Source: a virus (Duplodnaviria; Caudoviricetes). Taken from it: 37,103 nucleotides of DNA. Made by a program: the position numbers and the translations under genes. The DNA is taken from IMG/VR virus record IMGVR_UViG_3300048576_000556, positions 1-37,103 of that record. One strand, written 5' to 3'. Below the pieces are notes generated by a model. It saw only the letters and a program-made list of their open reading frames with translations, was not told the DNA's origin and ran no database searches. This document shows, piece after piece, positions 34,873-37,103 of the stretch. Positions within the stretch are counted from its first letter, which is position 1. Each line of letters starts with the position of its first letter.

Positions 34873-35184
34873 CTATGTAGTCAACAGCAAGTTCCTGACT
34901 TTATACGCCCTTCTATAAATTGTTTCCATTGAGACTTTAAAAAAGTCTTCACACTCTTTATTAAGAATACCGTGGATACCACAGGGCCTTTGATACAGAT
35001 TAGAAAGTGCATATATGATTCCGCCAGCCCAGCCTCCAGACTTGCCCTGCATTGGAATTTTAAGAGCATCAAATCTCTTTACTATACGATTAACTTCATT
35101 ATGCAATTTAGGGTTTGGGTATGCTTTGAAAAAAGCTGCTAAAAGTTGCTGACAGGTTGGCTCCTTGTTCTCGTTCATTTGCAC
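34873..35184 (-). CDS. Small helical protein (DUF6398 / TFIIB-cyclin-like pattern)
   Basis: GKSGGWAGGIIYAL...FFKVSMETIYRR. Confidence 0.5.
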   Translation of the reverse strand: MQMNENKEPTCQQLLAAFFKAYPNPKLHNEVNRIVKRFDALKIPMQGKSGGWAGGIIYALSNLYQRPCGIHGILNKECEDFFKVSMETIYRRAYKVRNLLLTT

Positions 35185-35251
35185 TTATTATAACTATGTT
35201 TATTGTAAAGTCAATCTACCATTCTATGCCAATCAAAGTAAATGTTTTATA

Positions 35252-35326
35252 AAAATGTTCTACATATGGAACATTTTCATTTTAGCGTTTCAATTGAGTT
35301 GAATACCAAAACAGGTTTGCTACAAC
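35252..35326 (+). promoter_or_regulatory. xis/int promoter with palindromic upstream box
   Basis: AAAATGTTC-N8-GAACATTTT (35252-35277); TTGAATACCAAAA at 35299; TGC-TACAAC at the -10 position. Confidence 0.6.
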
Positions 35327-35355
35327 AACTATATAAAACCAAATTAAGGAGTAAC

Positions 35356-35580
35356 ATGGAACAGCAAGAAGCAAAATTAACGAAGAAAATTGAAGTTATG
35401 CCTGAATTGATTGACATTAATTTCATAGCACAAATGCTCAAATGTTCAACACGGCATGTAAGGCGACTGGTGAATGCACGCAGAATTCCCAAGCCTATTA
35501 AGCTTGGTGCATTATTACGCTGGATAAAAGCGGATATTGACCGCTGGTTTATTGAGGGATGCCCCAGTTGCCGCAAATAA
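35356..35580 (+). CDS. Excisionase / AlpA-like HTH protein
   Basis: IAQMLKCSTRHVRRLV...IPKPIKLGALLRW; start re-assigned to ATG 35356 after TAAGGAG. Confidence 0.85.
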   Translation: MEQQEAKLTKKIEVMPELIDINFIAQMLKCSTRHVRRLVNARRIPKPIKLGALLRWIKADIDRWFIEGCPSCRK

Positions 35581-35654
35581 CAAAAATTTACAGAATTAAC
35601 TTGATGTATTCCAAAAATTAGTGCTCATGTGTCACAGCTTGAAAGGACTAAGTT

Positions 35655-37103
35655 ATGGCAACAATATATCGCAAAACTTATACGCAGCACTTGCCGCAGA
35701 ATACCCAAATTGTGGAACGCAACGGCAAGAAAATGGCAATGTGGATAGATGGTAAAGGAAAGAAACATTTTGATGAAATTACAACTGGCAACAAGGGCCA
35801 GATAAAAATTATTCGTTACAGCCCGGTTTATTTAGCGCAATACAGGAATGCCGCAGGCGAAATGATATATGAATCCACTGGTTGCCGGGATGAACAGGCT
35901 GCAAGGCATGTACTGACTGAGCTGGTAAAAAGAGAAGAATTTATTAAAGCGGGCATATTATCGAACCAGCAATGTCGCACTGCCGATTATGCAAAGCTAT
36001 CACTGAAAGAACATACTGAATCATATCTCGAACATCTTCAGGCAAAAACTATAAGAGGCAAACGCGTATCGGTTGCACATAGGATAAACGTAAAAGGACA
36101 ATTGGAGAAATTAATAAATGATTGTAAATTTAAAAGGCTAATAGATATCACCCGCGACACTCTGGAAAAATGGATGAACCGCTCGGAGGCCGCCGGCATG
36201 GGAGCACGAACAAGAAACACGTATCGTGCGGCAGTTGTCGGATTTTGTAATTGGTGCGTTGAGACTGATAGGATGGCAACTAATCCACTGTCAAGGCTTT
36301 GTGCTGCCGATGAACACGCCGACAGACGTAGAACTAGAAGAGCGTTAACCGAAGAAGAATTGAGCAGACTCTTTACCGCTGCCCTGCTTCGCCCTCTCGC
36401 TGAATATGGTCGCAAATCTCTTCCCTTGCCCGCTGAAGAAAAAAAGGGTCGTAAGACTTGGCAGAAAGAATCATTTATTTTTGAAAGGCTTCAGGAATTT
36501 GCTGAAAAAGGCAAAGAAGTTTTAAAAGATAAACCGCAATTAATAAAAAATCTCCAGTGGCTCGGCTACGAACGTTCATTAGTTTACAAAGTTCTCGCAC
36601 TAACAGGTCTTCGCAAAGGTGAGCTTGCAAGTATTACCATTGGTCAGGTTTGGCTTGAAGGTAAGCAGCCATATCTGGAACTGAAAGCCAAAGATGAAAA
36701 AGCCGGACGAGGTGCACAAATACCACTGCGAAAGGATCTGGCCGAGGAAATAAAATCTTTTATGAGAAAAAAATCGGTGAAAACATTACAACTCGATACA
36801 CCACTATTTTACATACCCAAAGACTTCATAAAAATATTCGATCGCGACCATATTGCTGCCGGCATATCAAAATACGATGATCGTGGCAGAACGCTTGATA
36901 TTCATGCACTGCGTCACACGTTTGGTACACACTTGAGCAAGGCAGGCGTAGCACCCCGCGTTGCCCAGGCCGCAATGAGGCATTCATCGATCGATCTGAC
37001 AATGAATATTTATACAGACCCGACACTTTTGGATGTTGCCGGAGCCATAAATGCCCTGCCGAAGTTTACAGCTTCGCAATCAAACAGTGCCAAGATAGCG
37101 TAA
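35655..37103 (+). CDS. int: Tyrosine recombinase / integrase
   Basis: TGLRKGE (R), HALRHT (HxxR), MRHS (H), NIYT (Y). Confidence 0.95.
   Translation: MATIYRKTYTQHLPQNTQIVERNGKKMAMWIDGKGKKHFDEITTGNKGQIKIIRYSPVYLAQYRNAAGEMIYESTGCRDEQAARHVLTELVKREEFIKAGILSNQQCRTADYAKLSLKEHTESYLEHLQAKTIRGKRVSVAHRINVKGQLEKLINDCKFKRLIDITRDTLEKWMNRSEAAGMGARTRNTYRAAVVGFCNWCVETDRMATNPLSRLCAADEHADRRRTRRALTEEELSRLFTAALLRPLAEYGRKSLPLPAEEKKGRKTWQKESFIFERLQEFAEKGKEVLKDKPQLIKNLQWLGYERSLVYKVLALTGLRKGELASITIGQVWLEGKQPYLELKAKDEKAGRGAQIPLRKDLAEEIKSFMRKKSVKTLQLDTPLFYIPKDFIKIFDRDHIAAGISKYDDRGRTLDIHALRHTFGTHLSKAGVAPRVAQAAMRHSSIDLTMNIYTDPTLLDVAGAINALPKFTASQSNSAKIA

Larger units (their letters stand above)
226..37103. mobile_element. 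Temperate siphovirus-like prophage (boundaries not determined)
   Basis: Ordered tail, head, packaging, replication, repressor, excisionase and integrase modules; att sites not visible in the window. Confidence 0.93.

Noticed and set aside
35256-35273. Host SOS box TGTTC-N-GAACA
   Set aside because: Spacer is 8 bp rather than the 4 bp I recall for the Verrucomicrobia LexA motif; better explained as the box shared with the late promoter, though binding by the phage LexA is not excluded.

Overview
Nearly the whole window is a temperate, lambda-like (long non-contractile tail) prophage. Protein families suggest a Planctomycetota host, possibly Phycisphaerae; this is an inference from recalled families. 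Read right to left: tyrosine integrase and excisionase (+); a regulatory/cargo block with two tandem LexA-like repressors, an HNH-like protein and small HTH proteins; a minus-strand early operon (putative activator, Sak4-like ATPase, DUF669 SSB-like, RusA, helicase, prim-pol/AAA) ending in an iteron-rich origin candidate; lipoprotein, HNH, cos-like site and ParB-methyltransferase; an oppositely oriented five-gene cassette; terminase genes and a zinc-ribbon regulator; a late promoter, structured leader and tRNA-Met(CAT); then head, neck and tail genes ending in a 1427-aa modular adsorption-type protein. The most unusual signals are: (1) a 466-codon antisense ORF with a strong SD, coupled to the methyltransferase stop, that spans the whole opposite-strand cassette; (2) two distant promoters (late structural operon and xis/int) sharing a 17-bp box, an identical 23-bp spacing and an identical 13-bp -35 block; (3) an initiator-like tRNA ending 2 nt before the first structural start codon, behind an attenuator-like leader; (4) a duplicated LexA whose second copy lost the Ala-Gly cleavage site but kept the catalytic dyad. 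No att site or endolysin was recognised in the window.
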